Under the pieces are notes generated by a model. That model was not told the origin of the DNA. It did no database searches and saw only the letters and a list, made by a program, of their open reading frames with translations. This document shows, in pieces, positions 52,401 to 60,554 of a stretch of DNA of 64,000 bases. This DNA is from a bacterium (GTDB lineage: Bacteria; Auribacterota; JABMQX01). Position 1 is the first letter of the stretch; each line of letters opens with the position of its first letter. A program made the position numbers and the translations under genes. The DNA is taken from NCBI GenBank assembly GCA_030691545.1, contig JAUYEE010000115.1, positions 3,949 through 67,948 on the forward strand, in the 5' to 3' direction.

Positions 52401-55400
52401 CCGCTCGTCCTGCTCGGGGGGAGACTGGCTGTCCGTGACCCGAACCGTGAAGCTCGACGAACCGATGGCGGCGGTCGTCGGTGTACCGCCGATGATTCCC
52501 GTCGCGGAATCAAGCGTCAACCCATCCGGCAGCGATCCGCCGGTGAGAGACCAGGTGAACGGCGACACCCCGCCCGCGACCTCAATCAACCCCTGATAGA
52601 CTGCCCCTTCGATTCCATCCGGCAACGAAACGGTCGTTATTTCGAGTTCTGATGCGGAGATATGAAGCGAGAACTCACGGGTCGCGGCTTCAGGAGTCGC
52701 CTGGCTATCCACAACCCGCACGCCGAACGCGAAATCCCCGTGCTGGATAGTCGTGCCCTGGAGCGTCCCATCCGCCGTTAGAGTCAGCCCGCTCGGAAGC
52801 GATCCGGAAACCAAAGACCATGCGTACGGCCGCTTGCCACCGGCGGCGACAAGCGCCTGGCTGTAGGCTTCATCAACCTTCCCCGTGGGCAGAGGCGAGG
52901 TGGTCTCGATAGACAGGCTTTGTGCAGGCTCGACGGTCAGTCGGAATTCCTGTTCGTCCTGGGCTGGCGAAGCCTGGCTGTCCCGAACTCGAATCGTCAA
53001 CACCCACTCGCCGATGGCTGCGTTTGTGGGGATGCCCGAGACACGCCCTGTCGCCGAGCTAAGGACAAGCCCGTCAGGGAGTGCCCCCGCCACAATCGTC
53101 CACGTGTAGGGCACAACACCCCCCGTTGCCTCCAAGTCTGTGCTGTATGCAACTCCTTCCCGCCCACTGGGCAAGGATAACGTGATGATTCTCAGGTCGG
53201 CCGGAGCAATGGTGAGCGCGAACAACTTAACGGCGGCCACCGGAGGTTCAAGGCTATCGTCAACCCGCACATTGAAAGCGAAGCTCCCATGCTCAACTGG
53301 CGTCCCTGAGAGCGTCCCGTCCGCAGACAAAGCCAATCCCTGAGGCAACTGCCCCGAAGCCATCGTCCACGCGTACGGAACCTTCCCGCCCGAAGCCAGG
53401 AACGTCTGATTGTACGGTTCGCCAACCTTCCCGTCAGGAAGCGGACTCTCCGTTACGATGGTGAGTTCTGAGGAAGGAGTGATGGCGATTGAGAACTGCC
53501 GGTCGCTGGCCGCTGGCGGTGCTTGACTGTCTTCCACGCGAATGACGAAAGTTGAGACGCCAATTGCGGCGTTGGTAGGCGTGCCGCTGACCGTGCCTGT
53601 GCTCTGGTTCAGGGTAAGCCCGTCCGGCAAAGACCCGCTCACGACTCTCCAGATGTACGGCGACACACCGCCGCTCGCTTCAAGGACATGGATGTATGGC
53701 CTTCCCTCCACTCCATCGGACAGGACGGATGTCACCAAGACCAGGTCTGCCGGGGCGATGCGCAGGCTGAATGAGCGGCTGGTTCTCGCGGGCGGTGTTT
53801 GACTATCTGCCACTTCAATTGTAAATGCAAAATCTCCATGCTCCGTCGGCGTGCCAGTCAAGCTGCCTGCTCCGTTGAAGGTCAGTCCCGCGGGCAAACG
53901 CCCATCAACGACTTGCCAGGCATACGGAACCTTTCCTCCGGTGGCGGCGAATGCCGCGTTGTACGGTACGCCGAGTTTCCCATCCGGCAGGGGGCTTGCG
54001 GTCATGATGACCAACTGCGATGCCGGAGCAACAGTCAGGATGAACGTCCGTTCATCTCTTCCTGCGGGAATCTGCGAGTCAGAGACCGCCACCGTCACGC
54101 TCCATTGTCCAATCGCCGCGTTGGTTGGAGTTCCGCTGACGAGTCCCGTTACCGCGTTCAGAATGAGTCCTTCCGGCAGAGTTCCATTGACAATAGCCCA
54201 CGTCAGAGGCTGGACTCCGCCCGTTGCCTGCAAAGCCTGCTGATAGGGCGCCCCTTCAATCCCGTTCGATAGAGACTCCGTAGCGATCCTGAGGTCCGCC
54301 GGAGAAACGTGAATGGAGAAAGACCGTGTGACGGAAGCGGGCGGATTCTGGCTGTCCGTGACGCGCAAGGTGAATTGCGAGTCGCCGTGCAGCGCGGGCG
54401 TCCCGCTGATTGTCCCATCCGCTGACAGATTTAACCCCTGCGGCAGCGAACCGCCATCAAGAGACCATACATAAGGTAGCTTTCCGCCCGATGCCGCGAG
54501 CGATGCATTGTAAATCTGTCCGACTTTCCCGTCGGGAAGACTGCCCGCGGTTGTGATAACGAGCGAGCCTGACGGATGAACGGTAATAGACAACGCACGC
54601 TCGTCGGTCGCCGGTTGGCTTTGACTATCGCTCACGCGCACGGTGAAGGACGCCGTGCCGATGGCATCATTCCCTGGGATGCCGCTGATAATCCCGCTGG
54701 CGCCGAGGCTCAGCCCGTCCGGAAGCGCCCCGGCAGATAATTGCCAGGTGTAAGGAGGGATTCCGCCCGCGGCGCTCAAGCTCTGGCTATAAGCAGAACC
54801 TTCCACTCCGTCCGCAAGGGAATTGGTCGTGATGACGAGGTCTGCTGGCAATATCCGAATGGCCATCCCTTTCGCGTCTGTATCCGGCGTTTGCTGAGAA
54901 TCCGTGACCCGGATGACGAACGAAAAATCGCCGTACTGCGTCGGAACGCCCGAAAGCCTCCCGTCCGAACCGAGATTCAACCCTTGCGGCAGGGTTCCCG
55001 AAGCCACATCCCATGTGTAGGGCAACTTCCCGCCTGTGGCCGTGAACGCGAACCCATAACTCTCGCCAACTTTCCCATCCGGTAAGGGCGAAAACGTCAC
55101 GATGCTCAGCGGCTTCGCTGGAATGATTGTCAGAGAAAAGGCGCGGGTATCCGTTGAGGGGGGACTCTGGCTGTCGCTCACCTCGACGGTGAAGCTCCAC
55201 GTTCCAATGGCCGCATTGGGAGGAGTTCCGGTGATGACTCCGCCGCCTGAGAGGGTCAACCCCTGGGGGAGCGTCCCGGCGATGATCCGCCACGAATAAG
55301 GTTCTATACCGTCAGCCGCTACGAGGAAAGCATTGTAGGCTTGCCCCTCTGTTCCATCAGGGAGAGATGTAGTCTGAATCGCCACGTCTGCCGGTTCAAT

Positions 55401-57752
55401 GTGGATAATGACCTGTTGGCTATCGCTGTCGGGAATCTGCTGGCTGTCTTCAACCCGGACCACGAACGTGAAATCGCCGCGAGCCGTCGGCGTACCAGAC
55501 AGCGTGCCGCCGGACGACACGTTGAGACTCGGCGGAGGCGAGCCAGACTCAACCTCCCACACGTGAGGCAGTTTCCCACCCCTCGCTGTAAAGGTGAACG
55601 CGTACGCCTCACCGACCTTCCCATCCGGAAGCGTCGGACTCGACGTGATTGTATCGGCCGCCCCTGCCGCGATGCTCACCGAATAACCCTGATCGTCCGT
55701 ATCGGGCGGACTCCGGCTGTCGCTCACCCGCACGATGAAGTTCCACGTCCCAATCGCGGCATTTGTCGGTGTCCCGCTGATGGTTCCGCTTGAACCGTTC
55801 AGCGTGAGACCCTGTGGCAGGACACCACCGACCACCTGCCAAACATACGGCGTTGCCCCGCCCGCTGCCTGCAATGTCTGGCTATATGCAATTCCTTCCG
55901 TGCCGGAGGGAAGCGACGCCGTCTGAATGACGATGTCAGCCGGGGAGATAGTGAGCGCGTACTGCTTGCTTGCCGTGTCCGCCGGGTCCTGGCTATCGCT
56001 CACCCGGACGGCGAACTGGAACTGCCCGTATTCTTGCGGCGTCCCTGAGAGAACACCGTCTGCCGCGAGGCTCAACCCATTTGGCGGCGCGCCCGACGTC
56101 ACATCCCAACTATGGGGCAGTCTGCCCCCGCTGGCCGTGAACGTCATGCTGTATGCCGCGCCGACTTTCCCTGCGGGTAATGGCGACGCCGTGCCGATGA
56201 CGAGGTCCGCCGCCGGGGCAATAGTCAGAGAAAACACCTGCGTGTCGGTGTACGGTGGAGACTGGCTATCTTCGGCCTGAACATTGAAAGCCCATGTGCC
56301 AATCGCGGCGTTCGTGGGCGTCCCGCTGAGGACGCCGGTGTTCGGATTGAGCGATAAGCCGTCCGGTAGTCCGCTTGACACCACCGTCCAGCGGTACGGA
56401 GGAATCCCTCCCTGAGCTTGCAGCGTCTCCGAATAGGCCTGCCCTTCAACGCCGGCGGGGAGTGTCGTGGTTGTAATCACCACCTCGGGGGGCGAGACGT
56501 GCAAATCAAACACAGCCGAGTCTGTCGCAGGCGGGCTGCCCCGGTCCGTGACCTCCACCGTGAACGAGAAATCGCCGTATTCTCCCGGCGTTCCGCTGAG
56601 GACTCCGTTCTCCGAAAGGCTCAGCCCCGACGGTAACGACCCGGAAGCGACGCTCCATGCGTAATTCCAGTAGCCCCCTTTTGCCTCGAACGTGAAGGTG
56701 TACGGGTTGCCCTTCTTTGCGTCCGGAAGCGGGCTTGTGCTCACAATTTCAAGGGGGACATCGCAGGGCGCCGTAAGCGGACTCCACTCCGGGTCCTGTT
56801 CATCCGGCTCAGGGGTGGAGCCCAATTGCCCATGATTGTCGTCTCCAGCGAGGTCGTGAGCGTCCTGCCCGGCCCCCTCGTCGAGATTCCAGTACGCCAC
56901 AAGCCCCTGTTCGGTCCCCGTCATCCGGACGTTCATTGTCCGGTTGATTTCTTGGGGCGTCCGGCATCGGTTCCAGACTCGGACTTCATCCAGGCGTCCG
57001 TTCCAGGAAAGGAGGTAACCCACAGGACTCCATCCGAGCGTCAGAAGCCCGTTGTTGTGAACGGGTTGCAATTGCGTCGGAATGGAGTTCTCCAGTTGCC
57101 CGTCTATGTACAGAGAAAGAGTGCTCCCGTCGTAGGTCCCCGCAACGTGGTGCCATTCCCCCTCCAGGTCCGGTGCCTTGGTCTGCGAATAGACCCGCGC
57201 ATACGAAATCCCGTTTCCGATGCTCCAGCCCACGCATTGCGTGTACTGGCTCGGGTTTCCACGATAATCGTTTATCCCCTCGATGAACATCAGGTAATTG
57301 GAGTCGGCGGGGGTCGTGTCCGGTTCCGGCGGAAGGTTCTTGTCTAAAATGGCGTAACCGCTCAAAAGACCGAGGTCCTCAGTCAGCAGAACCCACACTT
57401 CCACCGTCATCTGGCTGACGTTGAGGTCCGGGTCCGCGGGCACCTCGACCATGTCATACCACGGGTTGAAATCGAGGCACGTCCCCGCCGCACGAAGCGA
57501 AGCAGGGAATGCGGTCATGATGAAAACGCTTGCCGCGACCGTGACAAGCCGCAGGAGTCGTCTCGCGACCGGCATCGCCGGATGTAGCGCGGGCGTCCCC
57601 CTGGCCGTAGCCCTCGGGCAGGCTGGCCGCGCATCGCGGCAGAGCGCGGGTGCGCGCAAGCTCGCAATAGCGGTGTCCGGCGCTCGTGCGCGGCCGCGGG
57701 CAGGCTCGCCTGCATCACCGGATTTTTTCGGGCTGGATGAAAAAAGGCGCAT
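49497..57752 (-). CDS. Giant surface protein: LamG, 19 putative Ig repeats, BACON-like, beta-helix, choice-of-anchor Q-like, TSP3-like, C-terminal domain
   Basis: WHHVAGTYDG/LDEVRVWN; LPDG...Y...W...G.LP.GL.L...G.LSGTP repeats; VPQDYPTIQEG; DIGADE; DGDGQTNGFEY; start 57752 (strong RBS) or 57575. Confidence 0.93.
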   Translation of the reverse strand: MRLFSSSPKKSGDAGEPARGRARAPDTAIASLRAPALCRDARPACPRATARGTPALHPAMPVARRLLRLVTVAASVFIMTAFPASLRAAGTCLDFNPWYDMVEVPADPDLNVSQMTVEVWVLLTEDLGLLSGYAILDKNLPPEPDTTPADSNYLMFIEGINDYRGNPSQYTQCVGWSIGNGISYARVYSQTKAPDLEGEWHHVAGTYDGSTLSLYIDGQLENSIPTQLQPVHNNGLLTLGWSPVGYLLSWNGRLDEVRVWNRCRTPQEINRTMNVRMTGTEQGLVAYWNLDEGAGQDAHDLAGDDNHGQLGSTPEPDEQDPEWSPLTAPCDVPLEIVSTSPLPDAKKGNPYTFTFEAKGGYWNYAWSVASGSLPSGLSLSENGVLSGTPGEYGDFSFTVEVTDRGSPPATDSAVFDLHVSPPEVVITTTTLPAGVEGQAYSETLQAQGGIPPYRWTVVSSGLPDGLSLNPNTGVLSGTPTNAAIGTWAFNVQAEDSQSPPYTDTQVFSLTIAPAADLVIGTASPLPAGKVGAAYSMTFTASGGRLPHSWDVTSGAPPNGLSLAADGVLSGTPQEYGQFQFAVRVSDSQDPADTASKQYALTISPADIVIQTASLPSGTEGIAYSQTLQAAGGATPYVWQVVGGVLPQGLTLNGSSGTISGTPTNAAIGTWNFIVRVSDSRSPPDTDDQGYSVSIAAGAADTITSSPTLPDGKVGEAYAFTFTARGGKLPHVWEVESGSPPPSLNVSSGGTLSGTPTARGDFTFVVRVEDSQQIPDSDSQQVIIHIEPADVAIQTTSLPDGTEGQAYNAFLVAADGIEPYSWRIIAGTLPQGLTLSGGGVITGTPPNAAIGTWSFTVEVSDSQSPPSTDTRAFSLTIIPAKPLSIVTFSPLPDGKVGESYGFAFTATGGKLPYTWDVASGTLPQGLNLGSDGRLSGVPTQYGDFSFVIRVTDSQQTPDTDAKGMAIRILPADLVITTNSLADGVEGSAYSQSLSAAGGIPPYTWQLSAGALPDGLSLGASGIISGIPGNDAIGTASFTVRVSDSQSQPATDERALSITVHPSGSLVITTAGSLPDGKVGQIYNASLAASGGKLPYVWSLDGGSLPQGLNLSADGTISGTPALHGDSQFTLRVTDSQNPPASVTRSFSIHVSPADLRIATESLSNGIEGAPYQQALQATGGVQPLTWAIVNGTLPEGLILNAVTGLVSGTPTNAAIGQWSVTVAVSDSQIPAGRDERTFILTVAPASQLVIMTASPLPDGKLGVPYNAAFAATGGKVPYAWQVVDGRLPAGLTFNGAGSLTGTPTEHGDFAFTIEVADSQTPPARTSRSFSLRIAPADLVLVTSVLSDGVEGRPYIHVLEASGGVSPYIWRVVSGSLPDGLTLNQSTGTVSGTPTNAAIGVSTFVIRVEDSQAPPAASDRQFSIAITPSSELTIVTESPLPDGKVGEPYNQTFLASGGKVPYAWTMASGQLPQGLALSADGTLSGTPVEHGSFAFNVRVDDSLEPPVAAVKLFALTIAPADLRIITLSLPSGREGVAYSTDLEATGGVVPYTWTIVAGALPDGLVLSSATGRVSGIPTNAAIGEWVLTIRVRDSQASPAQDEQEFRLTVEPAQSLSIETTSPLPTGKVDEAYSQALVAAGGKRPYAWSLVSGSLPSGLTLTADGTLQGTTIQHGDFAFGVRVVDSQATPEAATREFSLHISASELEITTVSLPDGIEGAVYQGLIEVAGGVSPFTWSLTGGSLPDGLTLDSATGIIGGTPTTAAIGSSSFTVRVTDSQSPPEQDERTLSIAIRPAEELRIMSSSPLPEAKVGESYRYDFAAGGGKPPYSWRVASGSLPGGLILSSDGTLSGTPLQHGDYAFDIEVNDSQSPADAVRAGFSVRVSPADLTIATTSLPSGKEGTLYRQVLEAKGGVLPYAWSLAQGALPDGLRLDQASGVISGTPTNLAIGTSIFTVRVADSQSPADTAERQLSITIIPKSPLQIATGSPLPDGKVGEPFALVFAGSGGKLPYSWSIASGALPPGLIMGPSGELNGTPTEPGEYTFTIRVTDSQQPRASAEKQFSVYIAPREITLEVNPTSLAFSTRRGGSNPPSQSFTIRVRGIARVTWQALEDCGWLMVDPVTGTNAGEEDIIAVSVNKLGLDVGTYGATIDVVPLEAPEKHVLVEVTLKINPIRVPQDYPTIQEGVNAAKPSDVVLVSPGLYRERVVVGEGVHVVGSGAEQTTIDALGQGTVVALLGNGSSVEGFTVRNGVGDYFGNGSRVGGGIYCEAASATISKCTIVGNEAVQGWGGGVFVKSGCSLLIVEAEISGNSAESGGGIFCHENSRLRVERSRFRENVAEGFGGGICCIDLALAMVTGCQFSLNSAGYSGGAIAGNNRSGLTIVNCTFVDNLADEGGGIFGEYGSSVSLVNSLLWNTFSDLAILGTASVRYCNIRDGSFVGENHNFSADPRFVKPIGRDYHLLPNSPCVDIGDGTPDDLTETDLDGEPRVLQGYGRLEPDIGADELNPETVFALIPSPPVAGENGLVTVNYTLWNARARISSIAADYSADGAESWYPAARARSSESTRDLSTSADGKAHSFVWDSIADLGGGKEAGLRMRIRPLALKAHYPATSEAFALDNSLADSDNDKLPDLWETQIVDANAADLILTVADVLPNDDFDGDGQTNGFEYLTGASPVDKESLFGVQLSISPDGGVNLSWSSVTGKTYSVEYCEELGGAWLPLGSAQAGTGGILRTSDEAPPGRKRFYRLIAY

Positions 57753-57907
57753 TCTCCCCTCCCTTAGGAAGACGCTTGGATAGCCCTCTGAGGTGTGAAA
57801 AGTACGCAGTTTTGCGCGAAAACACCCATACCCTGGGGCCTCCAGCACAGAAAAGACTTCACCGCAGCTATGTTTCTATATCGCACACAAAACGCTGCTT
57901 CGCAAGG

Positions 57908-57923
57908 TGCAAAATGAGTGCCA
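57908..57923 (-). promoter_or_regulatory. Putative sigma-54 promoter of the giant gene
   Basis: Consensus TGGCAC-TCATT-TTGCA on the minus strand. Confidence 0.7.
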
Positions 57924-58184
57924 TCACGACGCATATTTTCCATTGCTTGCTCCCTTGTCCGAATGCCGGGAAAAAAGGCATTGTTCCATCCGGTCCCGCC
58001 TGTCGAAAAAGAGGGGCAACTGGCCCACCGGTACCTCCGGCGCGGCTGTATTTCAGCGGGCGGTTGTCCGGCTTGGCCCCATGAGCCCGGAGGCTCTGTT
58101 GCCACTATGTGGGCTTGCCCGACCGCGAGACAATAGCACAAAGGCCGGCGGTTACGTTTTGCCGGCTTTAGCCGGCACCCCCTG

Positions 58185-58552
58185 GGGTGGGGCTACGTTT
58201 GAGTGGTTCGTCCCGGCACGCCAAAACTCATGTCTCGCCCTTTCCATCATCACCCGAAGTGGCGTGCGCATCTCTGGCCGAGCAGGCCCTCCGGCCTCCG
58301 TACGCGAGGGCAGTCGGATTCCCACCATGAGACGCCAATCGAGCTCATGGGCAGGCTTGCCCATGATGAATCACGGGTCCCGCCACAGGCGGGATGCCAC
58401 TCCCTCCCCGCCGGGCTTTAGCCGGCGCCCCTCTCGTTAGCCACGGGCTTTAGTCCGTGGCGTTGCTACGCTGCAGGTTTCTGCCTGAGCAGGCTTCAGC
58501 CTGGCTTCTCGATGAGGGGATTCATCCGTACTCCTCATACGTAGCCACACCC
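58185..58552. mobile_element. MITE-like element family B, copy 2, containing the family A REP core (58409-58530)
   Basis: TIR GGGTGGGGCTACGTTTGAG vs reverse complement GGGTGTGGCTACGTATGAG. Confidence 0.65.
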
Positions 58553-58567
58553 ACTCGCTTCCGCGCC

Positions 58568-58596
58568 TTGTTTTCGCTGCACCCCCCTGTTACAAT
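58568..58596 (+). promoter_or_regulatory. Putative sigma-70 promoter with extended -10
   Basis: TTGTTT-N17-TACAAT with TG at the extended -10 position. Confidence 0.5.
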
Positions 58597-58663
58597 CGAA
58601 GGCCGGAACAAAACATCGGCCTCGCCGGCCCGTAAGCATGACCGCGCACTCAGGAGTGACGCC

Positions 58664-60535
58664 ATGTTCGCCCACAATCCAGTCCACTCGTCATCACAAG
58701 TCGAGAGAAGCGTAGCGCAGGCGTCTCGCCTGCCTCCTCTCGTCCTGAGTCTCTTATCCCTGCTCGCCTGTTGTAGTTCTGCATCAGCCTCTCAACGGAC
58801 GGTTATCCTCGAATCACCCCCTACGACCGCCGAGCGCTATTCCGTCTTTGAACTGCAGCTCCGAGTTGACAACCCCGTGGCGAAGAATCCCTTCACCGAG
58901 GTTACCGTGGCAGGCCAATTCACACACAGCGGCGCAGACTCTCTCACCATTAAAGGCTTCTGCGATTCCCCCGAAGGGCTGCTCTTCCGCGTTCGATTCT
59001 GCCCGCAGGAAGTGGGCGACCACAGCTTCCTCGTAACCTATTTTGACCGCGAAGGCAGCGAGGAGTTTCGTGGCAGTTTCACTTCGAACGAAGCCGGGCG
59101 CAAGTGCTTCATTCGCGTGGACCCAGAGTACCCAAATCACTTCATGTACGAAAACAGCGGTCATCCCTTCATCTGTTCCAAAACAGCCTGGGTAATCGGC
59201 GATACCGTTAACTGGCGGGGCTTTCTCGACAAAATGGTCACCCGAAAGGAAAATTGCATTCGCTTCGGCGTCGAGACGAATTACTACCACGAGACCATCG
59301 GCAAAGACGTCTGGCCGTGGGGCGGCACTCGCTCGAATCCCGATTTCTCCCGCTTCAATCCGGCGGTCTGGCAGAAGCTCGAGCAAATCATTGCCTACGC
59401 TGCGGAGAGAGGTATCTTATCCGAGCCGGTCATCTTCTGCTCCCTGCGCCGTGAGAACCCGACCGCCCCCGACCCTGAAATGGAACGATACTGGGACTAC
59501 CTCATCGCCCGCCTTTCACCCTTCACGAGCATCATCACATGGCAACTCTACAACGAATACGCTTCGGCAAAAAGCTACCAGCAATACATGGCCGAATACA
59601 TTCGCCAGCGGGATCCTTACAAACACCTCATCTGCTCCTCCGCCGGGACGACGAACGACGCCCTCTGGCCCACCGAGCCCTGGATGGACATCGCCATCAA
59701 CCACTCCTGCACCGACGACAGCCAACTCGAATCCCGCTACCACGCTATCGCCACGCGCATCCACGGCTACGGCAAACCCGCCTGGTGCGACGAGACCGGC
59801 CGCGAGAACCGCCACGGCAACAACTCCGGCGTCCACCGCCGCAAGCAGTACTGGACGTGGAACATCTGCGGGGACTACTGGTCGTACCATTCCTGGGAAG
59901 GGTGCGAGGGGATCGATGACCTCGCCTACAATGGACCGGGTTCGGACTTCCTACAGTTCATTCGCCCCTTCTGGGAGAAAACGGAATGGTGGAAGATGCA
60001 ACCTGCCGACGAGCGCGTTCTGAACAACCCCCTTTCCCAATACGAATGGTGCATTGCCTCCGACAACGAGACCGTCGTCTATATGGTCAACGAGGCGGAG
60101 GGCGCCTCGACCACGGAGGGAACGATTGAGCTGGCAGTCGGAGCCGGTTCCTATTCCGTAGTGTTCTATTCCCCCGCCAGCGGCACATACTTGGAAAAGT
60201 ACCAGCGCTCCGGCTACCACACGGGCGGGAAGCTCTCTCTGACCCATCCCCCCTTCGTTGACGACCTCGTCGTCTATGTGAAACATGATAACCGCCCGCA
60301 GCCGGCAACCATTCCTCGGCGGGAGGGACAAGACGGACTGAACCTGCGAATATCGTGGGCGGGCGTCTCTGACGAAAGCTACTGGGTTGAATGCAGCCCC
60401 GACCTCTTCCAGTGGCAGAACGCCTCATCCCTCTCCGACTATGAGCCTCCTTCCTACCACAAGACCGGCTCCTGGTCCTGGCCAGACTCCTCTTGGACTA
60501 CAGTTCCCACGCGATTCTATCGTCTGGCGAAATGA
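58664..60535 (+). CDS. Secreted DUF5060/DUF4038-like putative glycosidase with C-terminal domain
   Basis: NPFTEV...GFCDS..G..FRVRFCP, WQLYNEY, PAWCDE; AGGAG RBS before MFAHNP. Confidence 0.82.
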   Translation: MFAHNPVHSSSQVERSVAQASRLPPLVLSLLSLLACCSSASASQRTVILESPPTTAERYSVFELQLRVDNPVAKNPFTEVTVAGQFTHSGADSLTIKGFCDSPEGLLFRVRFCPQEVGDHSFLVTYFDREGSEEFRGSFTSNEAGRKCFIRVDPEYPNHFMYENSGHPFICSKTAWVIGDTVNWRGFLDKMVTRKENCIRFGVETNYYHETIGKDVWPWGGTRSNPDFSRFNPAVWQKLEQIIAYAAERGILSEPVIFCSLRRENPTAPDPEMERYWDYLIARLSPFTSIITWQLYNEYASAKSYQQYMAEYIRQRDPYKHLICSSAGTTNDALWPTEPWMDIAINHSCTDDSQLESRYHAIATRIHGYGKPAWCDETGRENRHGNNSGVHRRKQYWTWNICGDYWSYHSWEGCEGIDDLAYNGPGSDFLQFIRPFWEKTEWWKMQPADERVLNNPLSQYEWCIASDNETVVYMVNEAEGASTTEGTIELAVGAGSYSVVFYSPASGTYLEKYQRSGYHTGGKLSLTHPPFVDDLVVYVKHDNRPQPATIPRREGQDGLNLRISWAGVSDESYWVECSPDLFQWQNASSLSDYEPPSYHKTGSWSWPDSSWTTVPTRFYRLAK

Positions 60536-60554
60536 ACAGCCATACCGCCCACTA

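Noticed and set aside
57753-58663. N-terminal extensions of track ORFs 49497-57848 and 58457-60535
   Set aside because: They run through promoter and repeat DNA; downstream ATGs have an RBS and lead into signal peptides
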